Below are positions 20,397-30,913 of a stretch of DNA of 64,000 nt, piece by piece. The notes below the pieces were generated by a model. The model was given only the letters and a program-made list of their open reading frames with translations. It made no database searches and had not been told where the DNA came from. Position 1 is the stretch's first letter; each line of letters begins with the position of its first letter. Position numbers and translations under genes: made by a program. This DNA is from an uncultured delta proteobacterium (lineage in GTDB: Bacteria; Desulfobacterota; Binatia; Bin18). Where the stretch lies: contig CAVTCR010000050.1 of assembly GCA_963733195.1 (NCBI GenBank), positions 192,001 through 256,000 of the forward strand, in the 5' to 3' direction.

Positions 20397-20665
20397 AATT
20401 CTGTCCGTAGAGGCGAAGGCCTCAGCCCCGACAATAGACTACATCCAAGAGGGAAGAAAGTGATGTCATCAGCCCCTTCCACACGATACAGTATACACAC
20501 TTGGTGAAACAATGGCGTAGAGTTGTCAAGTGATGATAGAACAATCCAACGGAGGAGAAGTTTTCCTGATGACATATCAAGTGACATACGCTACAAAGCA
20601 GTCTTAGGTGGTTTCGCCGTAGGGTCGGCGTTTCTTTCTTCTCTTGCTCGCCATACAACAAGTGA

Positions 20666-21739
20666 GTGAAACTGCTAAATCTTTTTACAGGACTGCCGTT
20701 GGAAAGGGAAGATCAACGCGTCATGATACACCGAGATTTAAAACTCACAAAGAGCGTGCTCTTTACTTTGCTCTTCGTCGCAAGTGGTTGTACCGCACAG
20801 AAACCCCCTTCCTCTCCTTCCCCTACCGGGGGAACAACCAGGGTACCAGCCTCGTACTACACTACCTATTATTCTACCCAAAAGGCCCGATCTCTCGGTG
20901 AAACGTACAGTGAGAATCTCGATCATATTCTCGATCAACTCACTCGGAGTTCAATCGGTCAGTTGCAGTTCGCGAATGCTGTTGTTTCACTGAGTGTAGG
21001 ATTTTTCACCCACGCCGCGAGTCAGCCTCCTGACGAGCGATATCTGGAAGCCATCATCGGCATGCCAGATATTTTAGACGAGGAGAAAGATTTTAGTACG
21101 CTTGTGGAACAGCTCTTCTCGGATTACGGCCGTGAACTGTTGTCTACCATGGCGCAGGACGAAACCATTGCCCGCGATACGAAGATCGCAGGATACGGAC
21201 TCCATTTTTCGTGGAGAAGCCTCCTGAAGACTCCCTCTGGTCCACGTCTCTCCATGCGCGAGGCAGTTCTCTATCTCGCAAAAAATCAAACGCAACAGTT
21301 TCTCAACCAACAAATCACGCAGGACATGCTCTTGACTCATGCAACACTCTTCTCGCGCCAGGGAGAGCGACCGGCAGAACTGGTTCAATACGTCTCTCCG
21401 GCACAATCGCCTCAGCTTCCTTCCCCTATCCCACCGGAGAGCCAAGAAGACCCTCCGACTCTTTCTCTTTATGATCCAGAACCACCACAGGAAATACAGC
21501 CCTCGCCAATTCCAGAAACAGACGGTCTCCAATATCCACCCCAACCGGTGGAATCGGTCACCCGTAAGGAGCTGAATACTGCACGGAAAAGTAAGGGCAA
21601 ATTGCGCGCTTTAACCGCCCCCTCTGCCGTTGGGCAGAGGAGGCGAATCATCATCCGCCGCCCCTCCCACAACACCACAGCCATCATTCCCATCCCCACA
21701 ACGGAGGGACACCTATCAACTGATCCCGCCAGCAGGTAG
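20666..21739 (+). CDS. Hypothetical lipoprotein with Pro-rich C-terminus
   Basis: Lipobox-like VASGC; 357-aa ORF. Confidence 0.6.
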   Translation: MKLLNLFTGLPLEREDQRVMIHRDLKLTKSVLFTLLFVASGCTAQKPPSSPSPTGGTTRVPASYYTTYYSTQKARSLGETYSENLDHILDQLTRSSIGQLQFANAVVSLSVGFFTHAASQPPDERYLEAIIGMPDILDEEKDFSTLVEQLFSDYGRELLSTMAQDETIARDTKIAGYGLHFSWRSLLKTPSGPRLSMREAVLYLAKNQTQQFLNQQITQDMLLTHATLFSRQGERPAELVQYVSPAQSPQLPSPIPPESQEDPPTLSLYDPEPPQEIQPSPIPETDGLQYPPQPVESVTRKELNTARKSKGKLRALTAPSAVGQRRRIIIRRPSHNTTAIIPIPTTEGHLSTDPASR

Positions 21740-21770
21740 TGGTTTAGTTTGGTCGACGACATTACGAAAA

Positions 21771-21859
21771 TGGCATTCTGAACGGAGCGGAGTGGAGCAT
21801 CTCTCCCCTTCGCGCTTTCGCACGAGAGATGCTTCGGCACGGGGCTCCTCAGCATGACA
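21771..21859. repeat. REP-like element
   Basis: CATTCTGAACGGAGCGGAGTGGAGCATCTC ... GAGATGCTTCG..CTCAGCATGACA. Confidence 0.5.
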
Positions 21860-22002
21860 CGGAGCGCGTAGTTTCCTCTTAACCTGGGAAGGGAAACTGA
21901 ACCGCTACCGAAAATGCTGAAGATTTCTTCTCAGTGACCGATCGCTCCTCTTATAACACTATCCAAACGGTATGCGTATTTCGGAGAAAGGACACTCCCA
22001 TC

Positions 22003-22410
22003 ATGGATGAACGTAATCGTCGTGAAATGACCCGGGTACCACTACGACTCGATGTCATTCTTCGATCAAAGAGTTCCCCTGCTATGCCCGGAAAAACAAC
22101 GGACGTCAGCCTCAAAGGCATACACATAGACTGCGGTAATCCGCTACCAGTGGGTTCTATTTGTCAGCTCACACTTCTCGTTGGCCTTCAGGCTGATCCG
22201 ATTCGCATTGAACTGGGAGGTACGGTTGTGCGTGCCGATAAGAATGGGATGGCGGTCGAAATCGAGGACGTATTGCCAATTGATACACTCACACACCTGC
22301 AGAACATCATGCGATATAATGCAACCGATGGCGATTGTATCGATCAGGAACTCTATACTCGCGTCAGTCGGAGGTGGGGGCAGGCGGTTTCCGATGATCT
22401 CCTGAAGTAA
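22003..22410 (+). CDS. PilZ domain protein
   Basis: RREMTR (RxxxR) and DVSLKG (DxSxxG) c-di-GMP motifs. Confidence 0.88.
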   Translation: MDERNRREMTRVPLRLDVILRSKSSPAMPGKTTDVSLKGIHIDCGNPLPVGSICQLTLLVGLQADPIRIELGGTVVRADKNGMAVEIEDVLPIDTLTHLQNIMRYNATDGDCIDQELYTRVSRRWGQAVSDDLLK

Positions 22411-22486
22411 ACCACAACCAATTATCTGTTGACGTTTCGTAATCGAAGACTTGTGAGTGAAAACGTTAGTTAACGAACGTTCCTCA

Positions 22487-24463
22487 TCACTCGACTTCTG
22501 TGTGTGAATCAGTCTCACGAGAGCGCCCTTGCCTGACGCTCTCAGCCTGCGGTTCCTGACGTTTAAGTTGTTTGGAATTGCGCGTATTTTGTCCAGTACT
22601 AGCCTTGCTCGCTTTACTTGGTGATGGAGCAGTATTTGCCTCCTTGCTGGAAGTCGTACCTGCCGACCCATTCCCCCACCACCCTTCCGACAACGGCTTC
22701 ATGAGCGTCAGACCAACTACGATACATAACACCAAAGTTGCTCCGATTATCTGGCGCCTGTTCATCCGAGCAATTACAGAACGGAGCCGCCATAAGGCCA
22801 ACTGACTGGGCGATATCGAGGAACGACGCAGTTGCTGCACGATCTGGAAGAGGGACTGCCGAGCTCCTGTTTCTGCACCAGGATCTGTTCCTGATTCCTT
22901 CTTGAGAGCAGCAACCATCTCTTCAATTATATGAGGAGAAATTTTCTCCTGGCCCGTTGCATAAGCAGCCACCATCGCATTGTTACATATGGCATTGATT
23001 TGCTGGGGGACCGCTTCGGAGTGCTGAGCGATCATCTCAATCACTTCCGGAGCAAATAAATCGTGTTGGTTCCAGCCGGCTGCACGAAACCGATGGTGAA
23101 TAAATATATCAATTTCTTTTTTGCGGAGCGGAGTTACACGGCAGCGGACAGCGAGACGTTCCTGAATCCATCTCAATTCTTTGCGGCCGAGTTTCACCTC
23201 TAGCTCAGGACGCGCGACGAGGACAATCTGTAATAACTTGCCGTGGGGCCCTTCGAGGTCAAGAAGTTGTGGGAGCTTCTTCAATGCCTCAGGAGAAAGG
23301 TTGTGGGCATTATCAAGAACAAGAACTTCAGTCCCTCCCCGATACGTCCAGGCCCAGAGGGCATCTTCAATCGCCTCAAGCTTCACTTTCTCATCGTCAG
23401 TATTAGTGAAACGTAGTGACAATTGGTCACAGAGGGTGGAGAGCAACATCTCAAAGGTTGTATTTGGCGCGTCACATGCAACCTCGTGAACTGTTTCTTC
23501 CAGGGAATTCGTCAATAAATGAATAAGCTTTGTCTTTCCTGTTCCTGGTTTTCCCAGAAGAGCAATGAGGCCCTTTCTTTCACGAATCGCGTTCAGAATA
23601 CTCTTATATGCCTCCTCATACACGGCATTGGTGTAAAAGAAGCGTGGATCAGAAGCAAAAATGGTCTTAAAGACATCTGGGTCCAGTGAAACACTCTGGG
23701 GAAGCATTTGGTGTACCGCAGACCGGACTCTAGTCAAATGAACCGGAAGTGGAGAAGCTTGCGCCCAAGCGGAAGTGACATCGCTCACCTGTACGCGCGG
23801 ACTCCCCTTCGCTACCTGATAAAGTTGTTTCTCCGTCACCTCCAGACACGACAACTTCCCCCCATACACTAAGCCCGTATCAAGCCCCACCTTGTACGGT
23901 AACTCAAACCGCACCGCCCGATGCGGCGTGTGCCCAAAGACCACCGTGTACGGCAAAAGGTGCGTATTGGTTAGGAATTCCTGCCGAATCCACAACATCT
24001 CCTCTACAGTCTGTTCCGCTAACGGTAACAGCGGATTGACCCCAGCATGGACACAGAGGACCTTGTCGACCACGGTAAACGTTTCGAGTTCCTGGAAAAA
24101 CTGCAGGTGCTCGGGGGGCAACCTGTCCGCTACCTCTTGCCCACTCACTCCTTGCGGCACCCGATAACTCCGCAATGTCGCCTGCCCTCCATTGTCAAGG
24201 AACCCCTCCCCAAAATGTCCTTCCTTGCCAAGAAAGTCGAGGAACATATCTTCATGGTTCCCTTTAAGACAGGTCAACTGATAGTTTCTCTCAGCCTTGA
24301 GCCGCAACAGAAAATCCACCACCTCCCGGGACCCTGGTCCGCGATCGATGTAATCGCCGAGGAACACGAGCCGGTCGTCTGGCTGCAGTGGCAACCCCGC
24401 CACTAAAACTTCCAGCTCTTGAGCACACCCATGAATGTCCCCAACAATGTACACTCGCTCCAT
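22487..24463 (-). CDS. PPP/ApaH-like metallophosphoesterase fused to an ExeA/GspA-type AAA ATPase with C-terminal TM
   Basis: GDIHG, GDYIDRG, GNHE, VHAG, GHTP, then DPRFFY, GKPGTGKT, LQIVLVARPEL. Confidence 0.85.
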   Translation of the reverse strand: MERVYIVGDIHGCAQELEVLVAGLPLQPDDRLVFLGDYIDRGPGSREVVDFLLRLKAERNYQLTCLKGNHEDMFLDFLGKEGHFGEGFLDNGGQATLRSYRVPQGVSGQEVADRLPPEHLQFFQELETFTVVDKVLCVHAGVNPLLPLAEQTVEEMLWIRQEFLTNTHLLPYTVVFGHTPHRAVRFELPYKVGLDTGLVYGGKLSCLEVTEKQLYQVAKGSPRVQVSDVTSAWAQASPLPVHLTRVRSAVHQMLPQSVSLDPDVFKTIFASDPRFFYTNAVYEEAYKSILNAIRERKGLIALLGKPGTGKTKLIHLLTNSLEETVHEVACDAPNTTFEMLLSTLCDQLSLRFTNTDDEKVKLEAIEDALWAWTYRGGTEVLVLDNAHNLSPEALKKLPQLLDLEGPHGKLLQIVLVARPELEVKLGRKELRWIQERLAVRCRVTPLRKKEIDIFIHHRFRAAGWNQHDLFAPEVIEMIAQHSEAVPQQINAICNNAMVAAYATGQEKISPHIIEEMVAALKKESGTDPGAETGARQSLFQIVQQLRRSSISPSQLALWRLRSVIARMNRRQIIGATLVLCIVVGLTLMKPLSEGWWGNGSAGTTSSKEANTAPSPSKASKASTGQNTRNSKQLKRQEPQAESVRQGRSRETDSHTEVE

Positions 24464-25248
24464 TGCTTCGTGCCTTTTACTTCCCTGCTGACGGTGTTGC
24501 TATCCCTTCAGAAAGTTTCGTCTGCGCCCAAGCGGAAGTGACATCGCTCACCTGTACGCGCGGACTCCCCTTCGCTACCTGATAAAGTTGTTTCTCCGTC
24601 ACCTCCAGACACGACAACTTCCCTCCATACACTAAGCCCGTATCAAGCCCCACCTTGTACGGTAACTCAAACCGCACCGCCCGATGCGGCGTGTGCCCAA
24701 AGACCACCGTGTACGGCAAAAGGTGCGTATTGGTTAGGAATTCCTGCCGAATCCACAACATCTCCTCTACAGTCTGTTCCGCTAACGGTAACAGCGGATT
24801 GACCCCAGCATGGACACAGAGGACCTTGTCGACCACGGTAAACGTTTCGAGTTCCTGGAAAAACTGCAGGTGCTCGGGGGCAACCTGTCCGCTACCTCTT
24901 GCCCGCTCACTCCTTGCGGCACCCGATAACTCCGCAATGTCGCCTGCCCTCCATTATGCAAAAACGCGTCACCATAGTGGCCAGGTAGTCCGATAAAGTC
25001 GAGGAACATATCTTCATGGTTCCCTTTGAGACAGGTCAACTGATAGTTTCTCTCAGCCTTGAGCCGCAATAGGAAGTCTATAACTTCTTGAGACTCCAAT
25101 CCACGATCGATGTAATCGCCGAGGAACACGAGCCGGTCGTCTGGCTGCAGTGGCAACCCCGCCACTAAAACTTCCAGCTCTTGAGCACACCCATGAATGT
25201 CCCCAACAATGTACACTCGCTCCATTGCTTCGTGCCTTTTACTTCCCT
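23760..25248. repeat. Tandem duplication of ~727 bp (23760..24486 and 24523..25248)
   Basis: Near-identical sequence, diverged mainly in two short patches. Confidence 0.95.
24477..25225 (-). CDS. Stand-alone metallophosphoesterase, 1-bp frameshift in the G run near 24878
   Basis: Same motifs as the fused copy; G5 here versus G6 there. Confidence 0.85.
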
Positions 25249-26015
25249 TTATACACCGGTTCTCGCTTTTCTAAAAAGGCAGCGACGCCTTCACGACAAT
25301 CTTCGGTCTTGGTCATCCGGCGTTGTTCATTCATTTCCGCTGTCAGTGTATCGTCAAGACTGCTTGCCAGAGCTTTGTGAATTGACGCTTTTATTGCAGC
25401 CAAGGCCAATGGCGCATTCTTTGCCAAGCGTTCGGCGTAAGTTACTACGTAGGCTTGAAACTCGGCTTCAGCAACCACATGGTTCACGAGCCCTATGCGA
25501 AACGCCTCTTCAGCATTCACCATATCGCCCGTTAACGCCATTTCCATCCCACGCAGACCAGCAAGTCGTGGGAGGAAATAGCTAGCGCCGCCATCGAGTG
25601 TCAGTCCCCGCTTAACGAAAAGGAGGGAAAACCGCGCAGCCGGAGAAGCCAGGCGGACATCAGCAGCTAGGGCAAGAGAACAACCGTAACCGGCCGCTAC
25701 GCCACCAACAGCAGCAATCACCGGCTTCGGTAAGTTCCAGAGGGCTCGAATTGTCGCGTTAAATCCGTCCTCGAGAAGGTCTTCGTTCGCAGGAGCCGAT
25801 TCGCTTTGCCCGGATCGTAGATCAGCTCCCGAACAAAATGCACTGCCTGCCCCGGTTAACACCACTACTCGTGTGTCTGTGTCTTTGCCGCTTTCAGTAA
25901 GGTGCTCACGGAGAGCAAGGATCGTCTCACGGTCAAGCGCATTCTTCCGCTCGGGTCGATTAATCGTGATCCAATGCACCCGCGATTGTTTTTCGCTCAA
26001 GACAACACCATTCAT
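25239..26015 (-). CDS. Enoyl-CoA hydratase/isomerase
   Basis: INRPERKNAL, FCSGADL, KPVIAAVGGVAAGYG, AFLEKREP. Confidence 0.92.
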   Translation of the reverse strand: MNGVVLSEKQSRVHWITINRPERKNALDRETILALREHLTESGKDTDTRVVVLTGAGSAFCSGADLRSGQSESAPANEDLLEDGFNATIRALWNLPKPVIAAVGGVAAGYGCSLALAADVRLASPAARFSLLFVKRGLTLDGGASYFLPRLAGLRGMEMALTGDMVNAEEAFRIGLVNHVVAEAEFQAYVVTYAERLAKNAPLALAAIKASIHKALASSLDDTLTAEMNEQRRMTKTEDCREGVAAFLEKREPVYKGK

Positions 26016-26667
26016 TGTTGATCTCCTTCACCGGGACGGAAAAAACTTCCTGAAACGCACGGCAGGCCAATTGCACTACTTCACGCATCTCAATAGTAAT
26101 TCTCACTTCTTGCGCAATACTCGTTACCGCCGCTTCTGGCAATCCACATGGAACGATATACGAGAATGGGTCAAGATCGACATCAATATTTAACGCAAAG
26201 CCATGCAGTGAGGTTCCATGCTGGACTGCAATACCAACGGCTCCGATTTTTTGCTCTTGCACCCACACACCCGGAAACCCACGTCGACGTTCCACAGCAA
26301 CACCATAGTTAGCACACAAGTGGCGCATTACTTCTTCCAAATGCGCGATAAAAGCCCGCACCCCATAGGAACGAAAAAGGGTCGAAAAAATCGGATACGC
26401 TACAAGCTGTCCCGGACCATGATACGTGGCACTCCCACCCCGCGTACTCGCAACTAGCGAGATCCCCTTCTCTGCAAGTTCCGCACGAGAGCGTAGAAGA
26501 TGCTCAGTCTGACGGCGATAGCCAAGCGTCACCACAGGATAGTGTTCTGTAATAAGAACCACATTCTCTCCAGTTTTTCGGCAGCGAGCATGAACGCTCT
26601 GCTGTGACCGCAAAGCCCACAGATAATCAGTCAAACCAAGAGAGGCAACAAGAATCTCCATAGGCAT
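25960..26667 (-). CDS. lipB: Lipoyl(octanoyl) transferase
   Basis: EHYPVVTLG, RGGSATYHGPGQLVAYPI, KIGAVG, HGFALN, IVPCGL. Confidence 0.92.
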   Translation of the reverse strand: MPMEILVASLGLTDYLWALRSQQSVHARCRKTGENVVLITEHYPVVTLGYRRQTEHLLRSRAELAEKGISLVASTRGGSATYHGPGQLVAYPIFSTLFRSYGVRAFIAHLEEVMRHLCANYGVAVERRRGFPGVWVQEQKIGAVGIAVQHGTSLHGFALNIDVDLDPFSYIVPCGLPEAAVTSIAQEVRITIEMREVVQLACRAFQEVFSVPVKEINNEWCCLERKTIAGALDHD

Positions 26668-26742
26668 AGAAGACCAGTACTTGAGACTACTCCACTTAAT
26701 GTGGAGGCACAAGCAACAAGTATTGACTCCCCTTCCCCTTAG

Positions 26743-27171
26743 ATGGTACCGCTGTATCCATTCATTATGATGTTAGTGCGCTTGTTGTACAAAAGCTACG
26801 CGTTTGTCGCAGGGACTGCCCTGATCCTGTTAGGAGTGGGGAACTACCTGACAGCTGAATCGAAGGTTCACCATTACCAATCAGTCATGACTACGATTTC
26901 TTCATTGCGGCAACCTTCCTCGGATTTTCTGCCGTACGGAGAGAAAGCCTATTTCCCGAGCGAAGCACACGAACGGTGGGAGATTGCACGAGCGAAGCGT
27001 GACTTTTATCAAGTGGTACTCAGTGCAGGGCGCTTAATGATGGGGATCGGATTCCTTTGTACTGCCGTAAGTTTGATCCGATTACGCCGCCAATACGCCC
27101 TGGGAACGGCAACGCTTCTTTCAGCTACGATGAGTAGGAATTATGCGCAGAGACCGCCATCTCCCACATAA
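26743..27171 (+). CDS. Hypothetical two-TM membrane protein
   Basis: Two hydrophobic segments. Confidence 0.55.
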   Translation: MVPLYPFIMMLVRLLYKSYAFVAGTALILLGVGNYLTAESKVHHYQSVMTTISSLRQPSSDFLPYGEKAYFPSEAHERWEIARAKRDFYQVVLSAGRLMMGIGFLCTAVSLIRLRRQYALGTATLLSATMSRNYAQRPPSPT

Positions 27172-28228
27172 AAACGTACTTACACAAGAATGGGTTCTTG
27201 GTGATTTCTCATCAGATGAGCGAATGAGCCTGATTCCTGTTCGCTCACGTCAGAAAATGCTGTCGCGTAGCAATAAAGAACACAGCCGCTCCCCTATTTT
27301 TTCCCTAGCTGCGACGATAGCGTTTCTTCTTCATCTCGCGGTCTTGCTTTTTCTCTGGCAAAAACCTCATCTCACAACACCAGCGCAGGAGTCGTTAAGC
27401 TCACAGGTCACAGAAGTTGAATTTGTTCCGCTTCTTGATCCCGTTTCCACGGCTCGACTGCCCGCGCCTCCCCCGCAACAGGTATTGCAAGATTTTCATT
27501 CATCAGCATTGGCTCGTGCAGAGTCTCTTGAACACACTCTTACCCAAGCTGTTGCGCAACGAGCCACTGCGGAAGCTGAACAACAACAACATCTCGATGC
27601 TCTTGTCATAGCGCAAGCAACACTCCAGGGCCAAGTAACTTCGCTTGCTGAGGAGAAAGCCGAGATCATCGCGCGACTCGAGAACGAACGCCAGCGTAAT
27701 GTCACATTGGCGCAGCAAGTCCACGATATCCAGCAGGCACGAGACAAGGAACTACAAGAAGTAAAAGAGACTTACGATCGTCTCGTCGCTGCGCTCCAAG
27801 GAGAGATCTCACAAAAGGAGATTGCTCTTCACCAGGCAAAAGATAAACTAACAGTGACTATTCTTGACCGCATCTTGTTTCCCAGCGGTCAGGCAACTCT
27901 GACTCCAGAAGGGGAACAACTTATTGAAAAGGTCGGAGCGATCCTCGTAAAAGTGGCCGGACAACGTATCCTCATCGAAGGACACACGGATAACGTGCCC
28001 ATCGGAGCAACCCTCAGTACGCGGTTTCCTTCCAATTGGGAATTGTCGAGCGCTCGCGCTGCAGAGGTCGTCAAATATCTGATTTCCCGTGTTCAACTTT
28101 CGCCACAGCAGTTGAACGCGGTTGGACGAGCAGATACGAGCCCAGTCGCTAGCAACACAAACGAAGAAGGTCGTAGACTCAATCGACGCATCGAGATCAT
28201 CGTCCTCCCGTTAGAGGCGCAGTCGTAA
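27143..28228 (+). CDS. OmpA/MotB family protein with coiled coil (start uncertain)
   Basis: TM; ILFPSG; IEGHTDNVPI; SNWELSSARA; NRRIEI. Confidence 0.85.
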   Translation: MRRDRHLPHKNVLTQEWVLGDFSSDERMSLIPVRSRQKMLSRSNKEHSRSPIFSLAATIAFLLHLAVLLFLWQKPHLTTPAQESLSSQVTEVEFVPLLDPVSTARLPAPPPQQVLQDFHSSALARAESLEHTLTQAVAQRATAEAEQQQHLDALVIAQATLQGQVTSLAEEKAEIIARLENERQRNVTLAQQVHDIQQARDKELQEVKETYDRLVAALQGEISQKEIALHQAKDKLTVTILDRILFPSGQATLTPEGEQLIEKVGAILVKVAGQRILIEGHTDNVPIGATLSTRFPSNWELSSARAAEVVKYLISRVQLSPQQLNAVGRADTSPVASNTNEEGRRLNRRIEIIVLPLEAQS

Positions 28229-28369
28229 AGACGTCCATAAGGACATCCACCGAACCCTGCGTTGCCGCTCCTGTTTTCTCTAGGTCTGTAGGCTCGCGGC
28301 TCCCCTTGCAGGAGTACAGGGTTACGCTATAAATGAGCCACCAGCCTGGAGGAACGTTGAGGAATTTAC

Positions 28370-29071
28370 ATGCTGCGATGGCTTCCGGAGGATGTCTCTC
28401 CGTATGGCGCGGGGATCGACGCGCTCTTCCATCTTATTTACCTCCTTACGGCTATTGTCTTTCTCGCCGTTACCGCTGTCATGATCGTTTTCCTCTTCCG
28501 GTACCGTGCCCGAGAAGGTCGGCGAGCGATATATACACACGGTAATACCACCGTTGAGATTCTGTGGACGATCGTTCCAGCTGCCATTTTCATCTGGCTT
28601 GGGCTGCTCAGTAAGTCGCAGTGGGAAAAGATCCGCATGACCATGCCTCTCTCAGATACGATGATCCGTGTCACTGCGAAGCAGTTTAATTGGGAGATCC
28701 TGTACCCTGGACCGGATAGGCAATTTGGCACTACCGACGATAAGCAAGTCGATAATGAGATCCATATCCCAGTCGGACAGCCGATTCGCGTCATCATCAG
28801 CTCAAAAGATGTCATCCATAGCCTCTTTCTTCCCAACCTCCGTTTCAAACAAGATGCGGTTCCAGGACGGGACATACAGGCATGGTTTCAAGCAAACAAA
28901 CCAGGGAAGTACGAAGTTCCCTGTGCCGAACTCTGCGGCTTCGGCCACTCCGGCATGAAAGGATGGCTGTATGCCCTCTCTGCCGAAGACTATCGACAAT
29001 GGCAGCGCGAGCAATGGCCACAGGAGATTCCGTTATCTGTAGAGACGGAAAAGGGACACCCGGATGAGTAA
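28370..29071 (+). CDS. coxB: Cytochrome c oxidase subunit II
   Basis: EILWTIVP, KDVIHS, CAELCGFGHSGM (CuA). Confidence 0.95.
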   Translation: MLRWLPEDVSPYGAGIDALFHLIYLLTAIVFLAVTAVMIVFLFRYRAREGRRAIYTHGNTTVEILWTIVPAAIFIWLGLLSKSQWEKIRMTMPLSDTMIRVTAKQFNWEILYPGPDRQFGTTDDKQVDNEIHIPVGQPIRVIISSKDVIHSLFLPNLRFKQDAVPGRDIQAWFQANKPGKYEVPCAELCGFGHSGMKGWLYALSAEDYRQWQREQWPQEIPLSVETEKGHPDE

Positions 29072-30906
29072 AGCCATAGCGCCAGCTTCCTTTTCTGATC
29101 ATACCGTACCAACTGAACCGCCAGGGTTCTGGCGAACATATATCTTCTCGCTTGATCACAAAATGATTGGTAAGCAGTTCTTATTCCTGAGCGGTGTGAT
29201 GCTCGTCTGTGGTGGCCTGCTCGCCATGTTGATGCGCTGGGAATTAGCCTGGCCGGAAAGCCCACTACCGCTGATCGGCGCGTCGCAACAATTTATCGAC
29301 AGCGGCACGCCCCAAACGGCAATGGACAAAACATGGCAGGAATGGCTCGCGCAGGACGAAGCCGAACAAAACTGGCTGGCGCGCACTATGCCTACCGGTG
29401 CAGTGACTCCGGCGTTTTACAACTCCTTGTTCACCATGCACGCCACCATCATGATCTTTTTTGTTGTCACTCCATTTTTGGTGGGTGGATTTGGGAATTT
29501 TCTTATCCCGCTCATGATTGGTGCTGGCGACATGGCCTTCCCGTTCCTCAATATGCTTTCCTTCTGGTTCACGGTGCCCGCCGCAGCACTTGTATTGTAC
29601 AGTTTTTTTGTTCCAGGCGGAGCCGCGGCAGGAGGATGGACAATGTACGCAACGCTCTCTGCCAAGGCACAATATAGCGGCGTCGAGTGGGGCGTAGACC
29701 TCTGGATTATCAGCCTGATTTTGCTGAGCGTGGCCTCACTCATGGGGTCGATCAACTACATTACCACGATCATCAACATGCGAGCGCCGGGAATGATCGT
29801 GGTTTCGCCTGCCGCTGACGATATGGTCACTGTTTGTTACTGCGATTTTGTTGTTACTTGCCTTGCCGGTTCTCACGGCAGCGTTGTTGCTGTTATTATT
29901 TGATCGAACGATGGGAACAAGCTTTTTCTTACCCGAAGGCGGTGGGGAACCATTACTGTGGCAACACTTATTTTGGTTCTTCGGCCATCCTGAAGTCTAC
30001 ATTTTGGTGCTCCCCGCAATGGGAGTGACATCAGAAATTCTATCGACCTTCTCTCGTAAGCCAATTTTTGGTTACCGTGCGATGGTCTTGTCTATGATAT
30101 CTCTAGCGTTCCTGTCGTGGGTTGTCTGGGGGCATCACATGTTTCAAAGTGGTATGAATCCCGCCCTCGGCACCGCGTTTATGCTCACAACCATGGTCAT
30201 CGCCGTTCCATCCGCGATTAAGACATTCAATTGGCTCGGGACTCTATGGGGAGGAAATATCCAGTTTACCAGCCCGATGCTGTTCGCCCTCGGTTTTATT
30301 TCCAACTTCGTGATCGGCGGGTTGAGTGGTATCTACATGGCCTCAACCCCGGTCGATATCTATATTCACGACACCTACTTCGTCGTTGCCCACTTTCACT
30401 ACGTTGTCGCTGGGATTATCTTTGGCATGTTTGCTGGGTTGTACTATTGGTTTCCCAAAATGTTCGGACGTCTCCTCAATGAACCTCTTGGGAAAGTGCA
30501 CTTCTTTCTCACGTATGTATTCTTTAATACCACGTTCTTTCCTATGCATTTCCTGGGAGTCGCAGGCCATATACGTCGTATCTATAACCCCACACAATAC
30601 GAATTTCTCCATCCTATGCAGGAGTGGAACCTTTTTATCACTTATAGTGCCTTCTGTTTGTTTCTTGCCCAACTGCCATTTTGCGTAAACCTCATCTGGA
30701 GCCTCAGGTACGGACGAAGAGCAGAGGCCAATCCGTGGTTCGCTAACACACTCGAATGGAGTGTTCCCTCCCCGCCTACACATGGGAATTTTGTAGTGAC
30801 GCCAACTGTGTACCGTGGCCCGTACGAATACAGTTCTCCACTAGTCACCGAAGACTGGTTACCACAGGATCGGGTACTGAGTCCGGCAACTGTTGCTGCA
30901 CGATAA
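29064..30906 (+). CDS. coxA: Cytochrome c oxidase subunit I, frameshift near 29800
   Basis: DHKMIG, TMHATIM, WFFGHPEVY, WGHHMF, VVAHFHY. Confidence 0.95.
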
Positions 30907-30913
30907 CTTGATT

